64,000 bases of DNA. Origin: Azolla caroliniana. Taxonomy: Eukaryota > Plantae > Polypodiophyta. The stretch lies in NCBI GenBank assembly GCA_043228905.1, contig JBHGNT010000016.1, positions 10,292,001 through 10,356,000 of the forward strand, written 5' to 3'. This document shows, piece after piece, positions 12,604-24,391 of this stretch (within the stretch, counting starts at the first letter, position 1; the number at the start of each line of letters is the position of its first letter). The notes beneath the pieces are model-generated. The model did not search any database. It worked only from the letters and a program-made list of their open reading frames with translations, and was not told where the DNA came from. The position numbers were made by a program, and so were the translations under genes.

Positions 12604-13199
12604 ACGTGAACACACCTTTTGAGAATCCATGATTACTCAAAGGTCAAGAGTCACACCACTAGTCTCTACACATTAACTATGTGTCATAGAATCATATTCT
12701 ACACACATAACTAATGAGTTACATATTCCCCATGACTATGAGTCTTCACATTCCCCAAGAGAGAGAGTGTTTGTTGTAAGTTAATGAAGAGAGAGGGTGA
12801 CTCTATATAAAGCACCCTCCTCATACTTCATACTAAGTCGGTTGTGACTCCTTATTATGCTACATTTTGTAATTCTTATTTTACTTGTGAAATATACACC
12901 TTCTTCTTGAGTATTCCTTTTTCTATCTATCTTGTGTTCTGTCATCTCTCCTCTAATTCCTCTCACACATACACATAACACACATCTCTTCCACTACACA
13001 AGAATCACCATCGATTCTTTACAAAAATACACAAAGTTACTTTTCGTATTTGACCAAAATTTGGCATTTTTCAATTTTACCAAATGGTGAAATTTTCAAC
13101 TTTTTCATTAAGTTTTAGAGAACATGTGATACCAGTATTAAGGTGTTTTGTGAAATGGCCAAAAAACCCCAAAATCAAGTGGAATATTCCTTATCCTTC

Positions 13200-14200
13200 C
13201 ACTTGTGTGCAATCCTTCCACTTGTGAACGCGAAAGTGTTAGTGGATTTCGAGGTCATAATCAGCCAATAGCTTGGCGTAGCGGGTGAACATGTGTGGTG
13301 GAGTCATGAAGTGTTCAAGGGTTTTGGGTTTGATTTCACAATGGCCTTGTGAGGGGAACCCACCAGGTATGGGCGCCATAAAGATAATGCATCAACGTTG
13401 CGCCACATTTCCTTATCATCTGATTGACATACAACTTGCATGCTCGAAATTGCATGAAACATTCTTCACCATTGAAGATACGGGAGAGCAATTAGCCAAC
13501 GCCATAATCTGATGTGTCCATTTCCACCACAAATACAACTTGCATGAAACATTCTTCACCATTAACGATACGGGAGAGCACTTTGCCAACGCCATAATAT
13601 GATGTATCCATTTCCACCACAAATGGAAACTCAAGATTTGGGTGTTTGAGGATGAGTTGCCGATGAGTTTGCATCCCCTCAACTTGCACTTTTACAACAA
13701 TTAGGTCAGTGGTGCCACAATTTTGAAAAAGTGTACGATGAAATTGCCCTAGAAGTTAGCAAAGCCTAGGAACTCAATTTGAGACACAAGAATTGACACT
13801 GAATGCTCTTCACATTGTGGTGTGTTTCCCACAAGCACAAGGTGGATTTTGGATAGTGCCATGGAGATTCTAACATGTGACACAATAAAGCCTAGGAACT
13901 CAATTTGTGACACAAGAATTCACACTTTTCAAATTTGACAAATAGGCACGGAAGGTGCTCCAACATAGAACAACATGAATAAACATGGTCATTAGTGCTA
14001 GCTTGTCACATCCGGTGGCCACCGTGAGTTATTGGAACTCCATGATGTGTTCTTCCATGGGGTGTCCTTTTTGTTTTTGCTCAAAGAGTTGGTACCACAC
14101 AGAGGTGGCATGTGGGCGGTTACCAAATAACACTTGAAGCTCATTGAAAAGGGTTGTGAATGTAGGGTGTTAAGAGTTGTGATTAGGTGAAGTGGCTCAC
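13200..14200 (-). pseudogene. Highly decayed Ty3/gypsy RT-RNase H remnant
   Basis: ILKHPNLEFPFVVEMDTSYYGVGKVLS resembles the gypsy RNase H N-terminus (PF.VETDAS..G.GAVL). Local duplication at 13436-13625. Boundaries approximate. Confidence 0.55.
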
Positions 14201-14424
14201 CATCTAGTTTTTGAATGATATATGTGACTCAAATTGGTTCATTGACAAAGTAGCTTGGTACACTATCGAATATTGTGTGACTTTGATAATGAATAAGTCA
14301 AACACGCTTGAAGCAAATGAAAACAAGGGATGATTGGAGTGGTGTTCATGATGGGTGTGTGCGTGATATATATGGGGTACCTTGAAAGATGTGATTGTCT
14401 TCTAGCTTTATGAAAGCATAGAAT

Positions 14425-16515
14425 GGGAAAAAATAAATATGCGGAAGCTAAGACAAACCCAGCTCAACCATACAACAACAGAATATAGACACAGGTTTAA
14501 CGGAAACCTTACACGAGAGAGATAGACTTAGAGCAGAACAACATAAACTCAATTCAAAATAATAACACTCTATACATACAAATGTCCTATAGAACACTTT
14601 TTATACAAGTCCCTAAAAGGACTGATAGAAGTACCGACAGGTACTTCAATGCTCATACGAGCGACTAACACTGACTCCTAAAAATATGCCCACGTACTAG
14701 GTTAGAGTCGTAGTCCTCTAATGGCCTACCGGTTCATCATGATCCGTCTCTCCGATTTGGCTTTGGCTTATTCAGCCGATCCGGATCCGGTTGAGCTTGT
14801 CTGTTGAACACTCCCCCTCAAGCTCAACTTGAGGTCGGATCGCAGTGTCACTGTTTGTGGTACCCGGTCCCCTCCTCCGGCTCTCCCTCACGTCCTCCCA
14901 CCTGGCTCACACTCCTCATTTGGTCCAGTTCGTCTTCCCGCGACGCATCCGGTTCCGTGCATCTCGACCTTCTCAGTCGACTTGTTTGCTCCCTCGGCCC
15001 TTGGCTTGCAGATAATTTGGCTCTTCCAAATCAAACATCTCGACTGAATCGGTTGTCTTCGATTCGTTCCCACTCTTGTGCAAGTTGGTTGTCTCCAACT
15101 CGTCCCCAATCTTCAGACCCTTCACGACATCAGACCACATCCATGTCTCGGTCTTTCCGGTTTTGACTCCCCCTTTTTCGGTTGGCTCTGTCTTGGGCTT
15201 TCCATTCCGGTGGGTCCTCCTATGTCCGGTCTTGGCTTCTTCAGCCGACCTGTGCACTCCGACTTCTTTAGTTGGACCAAAATCAAAATTGGTTTCCAAC
15301 TCGACCCCTCTCAACCCATTGTCCTTAGTGCCGCTGACTACCTGAGTATCCGGTGCATGCATTGAAGATGCTCCACAGTCGGATGCACCATGAATTGATT
15401 AATCAATCCGACCGGATAACTGAGATCCGGTCGTGTGATGGTTAGATATATGGGGCTTCCGACTATCTATCAAAACCTTTTCGAGTCGCCTGCCATTCTG
15501 GAGTTGGCGCGAAGCTTCACATTTCAGTCCAAAGGATTTGAGACGGATTTGCATTCCATCATACTGAATTTGAAGAGCATACTGAGAACATAATGTTGTA
15601 CCTTTTCGAGTCGCCTGCCATTCTGGAGTTGGCGCAAAGCTTCACATTTCAATCCAGAGGATTTGAGACGGATTTGCATTCCATCATACTGAATTTGAAG
15701 AGCATACTGAGAACATAATGTTGTTGGCTGATTAGTATGCTTTCGGGGTTGCAGATCACTTCGATCCCAGGGAAGTAATGAAGGTCATCGAGATCCTTCA
15801 TTTCGAATGATGTCGCGAGCTGGGATTTGAAACGGCCGATTTCGTTGAGGTCGGCACCGGCAATGACAAGATCATCCACATAGAGCAATATGCTCCCCGG
15901 CCCGTTCCGACCTTGCCGTATGAAGAGTGAGCAGTCTGATTTCGACAGACAAAACCCCATCAGAAGCAGTCTTTGCGTGATCTTCGCGTTCCAAGCGCGC
16001 GGGGCTTGCTTGCGTCCGTCCGCAAAGGGACTTCTTCAGTCGGCAAATGGCCGACGTATTCATTCCACATTGAAATTAGGGGGGCTAAACCATATACACC
16101 TGCTCCTGAAGATCACCTTGTAGGAACACGTTCTTTACATCCATCTGATGTAGATGCCACCCCTTCGCCGCCGCCACCACAAGCAGGACATAGACAATTG
16201 TCATCTTTGCGACCAACGCTAATGTCTCATCATAATCAATGCGTGTTACTGCACATAGCCCTTGACCACTAACAGGACCTTGTACGTATTGACTGAGTCG
16301 TCGGCATTTTATTTCACTTTGTATACCCATCAACAACCGATCGGCTTCACCCCTTTTGGTACATCAATTAAATCCCATGTCTCGTTTTCCGTGAGTGTGT
16401 GCATCTCTTCCTCCATGGCCTACTTCCAATTCAGATCCCTAACCACTTCTGCGTAGCTCTCCGGCTCACGCATGGCTGCCACCTTCGCCATGTACGCATA
16501 ATGATGCACCGTATA
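14425..16515 (-). mobile_element. Ty1/copia family A, 3' fragment (RT remnant, Pol extension, PPT 14811-14822, 3' LTR ~14425-14810)
   Basis: LLYVDDL in ORF 15649..15960 and QMDVKNVFL in 16085..16336. CTCCCCCTCAAG lies next to the LTR end. A 125-bp duplication starts at 15476 and 15601. Confidence 0.85.
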
Positions 16516-17915
16516 TGTTGGCATAAAAGGCTGAATCCTTCCAATTTGTATCGTAGTGTTAACTCATCCAAAGAGTTACGGCTTAGTATATAAGCAATAA
16601 CCTAACGGTGTATTATGTGAACCTCTTGATCATCTTGTATAGCGATCACTGAGAGACAAAGAACGGAATAACAAAGCTTCCATTAAAGCTTAAACCGTGT
16701 CTATCTTCTGTTTATTGTTTTGCCTTCCTTTTGTGTTGTTTGCTGAATACTACGACATATCCTCACACATACGTTTTCCCACATATTCAATCAACAACTG
16801 GTATCAGAGCGACTTGCAGTTCGACAACAACAAATAACAGAAAATCTAAAAGGAAAAAGACCAGGTTAGTAAAATCTCACTTTCAAAGAAGAACATGTCT
16901 TTAACATCCGGAACAGGAGTTGAAATCAGAAAATTCGATGGCAAAATCTTTGCCCTATGGAGGAGATGATGCAAGACGTACTGATCATCAGAAGACAAGT
17001 TGAAGCCATTCGACACAATGAAAAACCTACCTCAATGATAGTCGAAGAGTGGAGATCTATAGACAAAATCACATGCTCCACCATCTAAATGCATCTGGCT
17101 GAAAATGTCTACTGCAGCATGGCAAAAGAGACGACAATGTTCTCGATGTGGGAGAAGCTACAAGCCGTGTACGAGAAAAAGTCCTCATCTTCAAAACTTA
17201 TTTTCATCACAGAACTGTTTAACATAAAGATGACAGAGACCGATCCGGCTACCTCCCACATCAACACCTTCGGCCGGGTGTTGTCAGAACTCTCCTCACA
17301 AGGGATCAACTTCGAAGAAGAAGTGAAAGCCCTTGCCCTCCTATTGCGTTTGCCGGAGAGTTGGGAGTTATTTTGTATTCTCCATGACATACGTCAATAG
17401 CCAACCAATCCTAAATCTGGATGAGACAATCAGCCAAGTCCTCACCGAGGACATTCGGCGAAAATCGATGGGACTCACCATCGATGAGTTGGTAGAAGCC
17501 CACCACTCGACCGAGCCGATCAAAAGATTTAGTAAATCAAGAGAACAAGCTGACAGAATCATTCGGAACACCAACCGATCGAAGACAAGGCGAGACCGGC
17601 AACGGTCGAAGTCGAGAATGGGCTGATTACGTGAATTTTGTACACATCACAGAAAAGTTGGCCACAATGTTTCCGATTCCTGGTCAATCAAGGGGAAAGA
17701 CAGTGGTGAGCGATCCGAGCGAAATCGAGGACGACCTGACTCAAACCACTCTCTAGTCGGCAATCAAATCAACGTTGCTGACACCCGATCTACAGAAATT
17801 CTCTCCTTAGAGGATTCAATGATCGGAGAAGTCCTCTACAGTGCACAATATGCACACACATGGCTACAGGATTCCGGTGCCACATTTCCCATGACCCCAG
17901 ACATCGAGTAGTTTC
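16516..17915 (+). mobile_element. Ty1/copia (Tork/Tnt1-like gag) 5' fragment: LTR 16516-16796, PBS 16799-16810, decayed gag-PR
   Basis: 281-bp TGTTG...CAACA LTR, TGGTATCAGAGC, gag IRKFDGK.FALW and EEEVKALALL, protease WLQDSGA near 17860. Confidence 0.8.
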
Positions 17916-18291
17916 AAAGGAATAGCACGGAATATTGCTCGGCCACAACCAAGTCTTAGGTCACTTCGTTTAAGGATCAAACACAAAATGGGAATAGAGA
18001 TTAATACACATACACCAAAAAAGGGAAAAGTACACAAGATGTTTACATGGAAAACCCTAAATGGGAAAAACCACGGGAACCCACAGACTCCAACTATCAC
18101 TATGAAGAAAGGGTACAATCAGAGCCTCGGAGGCAATGAACTCGAGCTCTGTATCTTCGCCAACTGATGGTTACAATAGAGTATCTCTCTGTATCTCCTC
18201 ACTCACTGCCTCTCTCTATAGAACAGTTATGCACATACATCTACATGACAACACACTATCCTAAGTCATATTTATACTTATATGAACTTAG
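17915..18291 (-). repeat. Truncated LTR of the Tork-like copia group
   Basis: Shares CTCGGCCACAACC, GTTTACATGGAAAACCC and CCTAAGTCATATTTATAC blocks with LTRs at 18292, 24083 and 29427. Confidence 0.7.
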
Positions 18292-18568
18292 TGACAGGAA
18301 ATATGCGGAATAATCTCTGGCCACAACCAAAGCGTAGATCACTTGATGACAATCAAACACAGAAGAAATGGGAATGGAGGTAAGTACACGAATAGAAAAG
18401 AGAATACACAGGATGTTAACGTGGAAAACCCCCGAGAGGGAAAAACCCCGGGAGTCCACGGAGTTCAAACTATCACTATGCCAATGAGTACAACAGGGAG
18501 CACAGAGGCAACGACCTCCTTCTCACGATCTTCGCTTGGCAGCGGTTACAACAGAGGCATGCTCTGTA

Positions 18569-18612
<44 letters not shown>

Positions 18613-21226
18613 TACAGTCGCTCCACCAAAATTACACTATACGAAGATAATAACAGCAACAGTCTAAACACTGTTTGCCCTAGGTCACATTTATACTAAT
18701 ATGACATTAGGACTATTTACAGATATAGCCCCAATGGGCTCTTAGAAACATATCTACATATATGTCCCTTCATCCGGTGAGAGGTTCTCACCGGGCTTGC
18801 AACATCCGGTTCTCACCGGGTCTTCCTTGCCAGGTACTCATCATCCAGTTCTCACCGGGTCTGCATCATCCGTTGCCGAGTACTCGTCATCCGGTTCTCA
18901 CCGGGTCTGCATCATCCGTTGCCGGGTACTCCACATCCAGTTCTCATTGGGTCTGCATCATCCGTTGCCGGGTACTCCACATCCAGTTCTCATTGGGTCT
19001 GCATCATCCGTTGCCGGGTACTCCACATCCAGTTCTCATTGGGTCTGCATCATCCGTTGCCGGGTACTCCACATCCGGTTTGCACCAGGTCTACATCATC
19101 CGTTGCTAGGTACTCCGTATCCCATCCGGAGGGACCGAGATGCTAACAAACTCCCCCTTCACTATGGTCACTACGGCATGGGATGCCTCGTCAATCCGAT
19201 CCGCTTCCGGCATGCGTCTAGCTTGTCAGGAGTCAGCACCTTGGTCAGCATATCCGACCCGTTCTCCTCGGTGTGGATCTTCATCAGCACGAACTCTCAG
19301 TCTTCTAGTCGCTCCTGAATCCAGTGCTTCATCCTGGAATGATATGTTGCATTCTTTCCAAGGTGGATGGCACTTTGACTATCGCAATAGAGCTGGTATT
19401 CCTCTTGTCGGATCCCTAACTCTTCGAAGAAGTCCTTTATCCATAGTATTTCCTTGCCGGCTTCCACTGCCGCCATGTACTCCGCTTCCGTGGTTGACCA
19501 CGCAACCATCTTCTGCAGCCTTGATTGCCACGAAACAGCTCCCCCCCCATATGTCATGACATATCCGGATGTTGACCATCAAGTTGGGGTTTACCGGATC
19601 TGAATCGGAGGCACCTACTTGAGGTGCCTTTCAAGTATCAGAGTATCCATTTTACCACATTCCAGTGCTCCTTGCCGTGATTGCTCATAAACCGGCTCAC
19701 CACTCCAACTGCATATCCGATATCCGGTCAGGTACACACCATTGCGTACATTAGGCTCTTGACGGCAGAGGCATATGGTATCTTCATCATATCCGCCTTC
19801 TCTGCGTTCGTCTTCGGGCTTTGCTTACTGGATAACCTGCAGTTTGCCGGAAGAGTCAAGCCGACCGGTTTCGCATCTGACATGTTGAACCGTTGAAGCA
19901 CCTTTGTCACATACTTCTCCTGTGACAGCCACAATTGCTTCATTGGCAGGTCCCGGATGATATGCATCCCCAACATCTATCTTGCCGGACCCAAGTCTTT
20001 CATTGAGAAGGTCCGGTTCAGGGCCTTCTTCAGCATCCGTATCTTGACTTGGTCTCGTATGACGATCAACATGTCGTCCACGTACAAGAGGAGTATCAGG
20101 AAGTCTCCACCTTCGAACTTCTTCACAAATACGCAATGATCGGCCTGCGTCTTGTGATACTCTTGATTAGTCATGAAGGTGTCAAACTTCCGGTACCATT
20201 GCCGGGGGAGCCTGCTTCAACCTGTAGAGGCTCTTTTTTAATTGGCAAACCAGGTGCTCCTTCCCTTTCTTCATAAATCCCTCCGGTTGCTGCATGTAGA
20301 TCTCCTCTTTGAGGTCACCGTGGAGGAATGCCGTCTTCACGTCTAACTGCTCTACCTCGAGGTCCATGCTTGCTGCTATGCTCAGCACCGTCCGGATGGC
20401 AGTCATCTTTACTACCGGGGCAAATATTTTGTCGAAGTCCACGCCCTTCTTCTGCTAGAACCCCTTCACCACGATCCTGGCTTTGTACCTTGGAGGGTTG
20501 CCGGCATCTCCCGGTTTCAACTTGTACACCCACTTTCTTTGAAGTGCCCTCTTTCCTTTCGGCAACTCCACCAATTCATACGTGTGGTTCTCATGCAGGG
20601 AATCCATCTCATCCTGCATGGCACTCAACCACTTGCGACTATGGGTGTCATCCTTCGCTTCTTCGAAGCTTTCCGGCTCCCTCTCATCGGTCAGCAGCAC
20701 ATGCTTTGCATCCGGAAATCTCCGGGGGGGCCTTCTCTCTCTGAGAGGATATCTCTGACTTTGGCTTTCGGCAACTGGCTCCTCTATTTGTTCTTTGTCT
20801 GAATCCGATTCGGGGTCTTGGCAGGTTCCGGTTTCAGCTTCCTCTACTTCTTCTGCCGATTTGCTATCCTCACCGTAATCGACTGGTTCCTCGACTGTCA
20901 ACCGGTTCTTAGCCGGGTGGGTCCAAATCCTATCGGAGTTCATTATCTTCTTCTCGGACTCCCAGTCGACAAGAGTCTTGTCCTTCATGAAGATAATATC
21001 TCGGCTCCAGAAAACCTTCTTGTCAACCGGATCCCACACTCGGTAGCCGAACTCACCATCATCGTATCCAAGGAATATGCATGGCCGGGTCTTTGGATCC
21101 GACTTTCCTCTCCGGTCCTTAGCAACATGCACATACACGAGACATCCGAACACCTTCAAATGCTAGTAGGACACTTCCTTACCGGTTCACATCTTTTGCG
21201 GTGTGCCTTCATCCAAGGGCACTGAG
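18292..21226 (-). mobile_element. Tork/Tnt1-like copia, 3' part (end of INT, RT, RNase H, PPT, 3' LTR 18292-19148)
   Basis: EQLDVKTAFLHG, LLYVDDML and YCDSQSAIHL motifs; PPT CTCCCCCTTC at 19151-19160. Confidence 0.9.
18845..19120. repeat. 46-bp tandem repeat (~6 units) in LTR U3
   Basis: Unit CCRGTTCTCAYYGGGTCTGCATCATCCGTTGCCGGGTACTCCACAT starts at 18845, 18891, 18937, 18983, 19029 and 19075. Confidence 0.9.
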
Positions 21227-21571
21227 TGGCCCCAAGGGTAAGAGGAGACAACTGCAACCGAACCCCCTTCTTACTGTTTATAAATACACGCCTTACCCTA
21301 AACACAAATACGCTTCTAAATTGACACAGAGTTCAAAGGGTACTCAAGAAAGAGTTCAGAACAGATAGTATGATTATATTAGACGGATTACACATCAAAA
21401 CTACGCTAGCCGTTTACAATGTTCCTATGCCCTTTATATATGTAGGGCATAGACGGCTACGTTTCTTGCATGAATCGTTACATGCATTTCTTAACGCTTT
21501 TATTATAATAATATGCTTATCCACTAGTCCGCCCTTAGTCTTTGCCTTGTTTCTCACTAGGGTGGACAACA
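21227..21571. repeat. Probable LTR remnant of an unassigned family
   Basis: AT-rich non-coding block with TATAAATA, ending ...ACAACA between two copia fragments; no partner in the window. Confidence 0.4.
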
Positions 21572-24082
21572 GGAAGAAGAGCGCCGATTCGGATAAATCC
21601 GGTTCCGACAAGGCCGGACAAGGGAATCAGCAGAGCTCGCACTACACAGAAGGATCAAACGGATCTAGGACCGAAAATGGATCGGGCCCAGCCTTTGTGA
21701 TGAAGCACAATGCAAACTCGATAAAGAAGACCACCTCCAAGTCGGAATAAGTGTGGTATGTTGACTCCAGAGTATCTAACCATATGACGAACCATGAAGA
21801 GTGGTTCTCGTCTCTAGAGAAACTGGAGAAACCGGGAGTGGTCGAAACCGGAGACGATGCTCTGCACCCGATTGAACATGTTGATGAAGTTCCCTTAAGT
21901 CATGTAGGACAAAAGGGAAAACTCATGAACGTGTTGCACGTCCTGAAGATCACAATGAATATGGTGTCGATCGGGCAGGTTGTCGATCAGGGGATGTAAG
22001 TTTGATTCACGCATCTCGGGTGCTTCATCGAGGAAGAGGGCTAGATCATCGTGCAAGGGCGCTGGGATGGGAGGGTGTTCATCCTTGACACTAATGACGT
22101 CGACACCGCTCTATTTGCCAAAGGACAAAAAGTCGAGTTAGACATCGGCTTATGGCACAAGCAAATAGACCGCGTCAATTATTAGAGGCTTCAAGATCTG
22201 CAATCGAAATAGGTGGTTTTTGGATTGCCGAAATTTAGTTGTTAGAAGGCCCAAATTTGTGAAGCATGCCAGCTAGGGATGCAACACCAACTTTCATTCC
22301 CCAATGAGCGAAACAAGAGCCCGAACAAGCTCGACCTGATACATTCGGATCTATGGGGACCGCCACAGAATGTTAGTCTTGGCGAGAGTCGATATTTCAT
22401 CTCCTTCATCGACGACTACAGTTGGCACACGTGGATCTATCTCATTGAGAAAAAAAGCCAGGTCTTCGACTATTTCCACAACTTGCAAAGTCTCGTCAAA
22501 CGGGAAACGGAGAGGAAGATCAAGTGTCTGCGGTCAGATGGTGGGAAAGAGTATTTTTCCGGCCAATTCAACACCTATCTGCAACATAAGGGAATTCGGT
22601 GAGAATTCACTTGTAGGTATACACTGGAACAAAATGGTGTAGCCAAGAGAAAGAACTGGTCAGTTGTGGAAGCGGCAAGGGCAATGCAGGAAGAAAAGAG
22701 CACGCCCAAGTTCTGCTGAGCCGAAGCAGTCCAGACGACCATTTACATTCAAAACCGGATTGGGGAGAAGGTGTCAGCACACAAGTTGTATTTCGGGCAG
22801 AAGCCGAACTTAAGACACCTCAAGGTATTCGGTAGCATATCCTATGTGCATGTATCGGATGAGAAATGGAGGAAGTTGGACCCAATGTTGGAGAAATGTA
22901 TACTAGTCGGCTACGTACATGAGCAGAAGGGGCATAAGTGCTATAACCCCCAGACCAAACAAGTTCGAGTGAGATGAGACGTCGAATTGGATGAGTCGGC
23001 ATCATGGTACTTTTTACCGACTCCGACCACCTGATCACTAAGGATGAGGCCAGTGAGCCCGACATGATTCGGGAAGAAGAAGAAGTAGAAGACTTCGATA
23101 CTCTGGAAGAGAGTTCAATTTCAGTCCAGTTGAGTGGGCAGAATGAGCAGTTCAGTTGGAGCAACTAGTCGGCTGATGAGCCGGCGAGTTGGGAGACTCA
23201 GTTGTGTTGTCCCCACACAAGGAACCGAGGAGAGGGTTCACGTGCAAAGAGAAGGGGAAGAAGAAGATGCCAGAATACGACACCAGTACGGATGAGGCAA
23301 ATTGGAGCAAATCTGACTCCGGAAAGAACGAAGACGGACCTTTGGAGATGAAGTCTGTGTCAGCTAACGAGAAGTTACGCCGATCGACCCGCCAAAAGAT
23401 CCTGTCAAGCGGTATGGGTATAATAAGTAAATGGAGCATCATTATGTGTACATGACGAAAGTGGCAGAAGTGTGTGAGCTGGAGAGCTATGCAAAAGTGG
23501 CGAAAGACATGAACTGGCGTGCTGCAATGGAGGAAGCAATGTGGGCACTCGATGCCAATGGCACCTGGTTACCTCCCTGGCACTGTAACCCGATCGGTTG
23601 CAAGTGGGTATATAAGGTAAAGTATAATGCTGACGGTTTGGTCAACCGGTACAAGGCCCTAGTACTGGTTAGAGGATATGCAAAGACCCATGGAATCGAT
23701 TATGACGAGACCTTCGGTCCCGTAGTGAAGATGACGAAGATTCATGTGGTGCTGGTAGTTGTTGCGGCAATGGGTGGCATCTTCCCCAAATGGACATGAA
23801 GAATGCGTTTCTTCAGGGTGACTTTTAAGAACAAGTCTACATGATTCACCCCCCCGGTTTTCGGTTGGCGATGAACAACTCGGCAATGTGCCGACTCAAG
23901 AAGCTGTTTTATGGTCGGAAGCAAGCTCCCCGTGCTTGAAATTCGAAGATAATGCACCAGTTGCGTAAGATGGGATTTGCGGCATCAAAGTCCGAATAAT
24001 CGCTATTCATTAGGTCTCGTATGCATTTTGTTATAAACCCTAAACCGGACCCGATCCCCTTGAAATCGGCCGAGTGAGGTTC

Positions 24083-24355
24083 TGACGGGAACTCAACGCT
24101 CCTTATGCACAACGCTCGGCCACAACCGAGCTTAGAATCATACACAGAAAACAGGAAACGGAAAACACACGACACAAAGGAGAGAAGAGTATACAGGATG
24201 TTTACGTGGAAAACCCAAACTAGGGAAAAAACCACGGCAGCCCACAGGCTGCAAACTATCACTATGCTAGAATGTACAACAGTGAGTTCATGGAGGCAAC
24301 GACCTTGTGCTCACAATCTTCGCCACAGGCGGCGGTTACAACAGAGGCAATGACC

Positions 24356-24391
<36 letters not shown>

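Larger units (their letters stand above)
5547..13023 (+). mobile_element. Ty1/copia family B, 3' part (RT, RNase H, PPT, 3' LTR 11748-13023), interrupted by two insertions
   Basis: RT with QMDIKNAFL and LYVDDL stops at QRHYIL (6093) and resumes at YKFGMTEC (~10478). RNase H is in ORF 10994..11734. PPT CTTGAGGGGGTG at 11736-11747. LTR TGTTGAG...TTTACA. Confidence 0.85.

Noticed and set aside
12024-12640. ORFs with poly-ER or poly-SL runs
   Set aside because: Artefacts of the (TC)n microsatellite inside a solo LTR.
18762-19318. His/Pro/Cys-rich repetitive ORFs and a CRISPR-like look
   Set aside because: These are translations of a 46-bp head-to-tail repeat in an LTR; there are no unique spacers and no cas genes.
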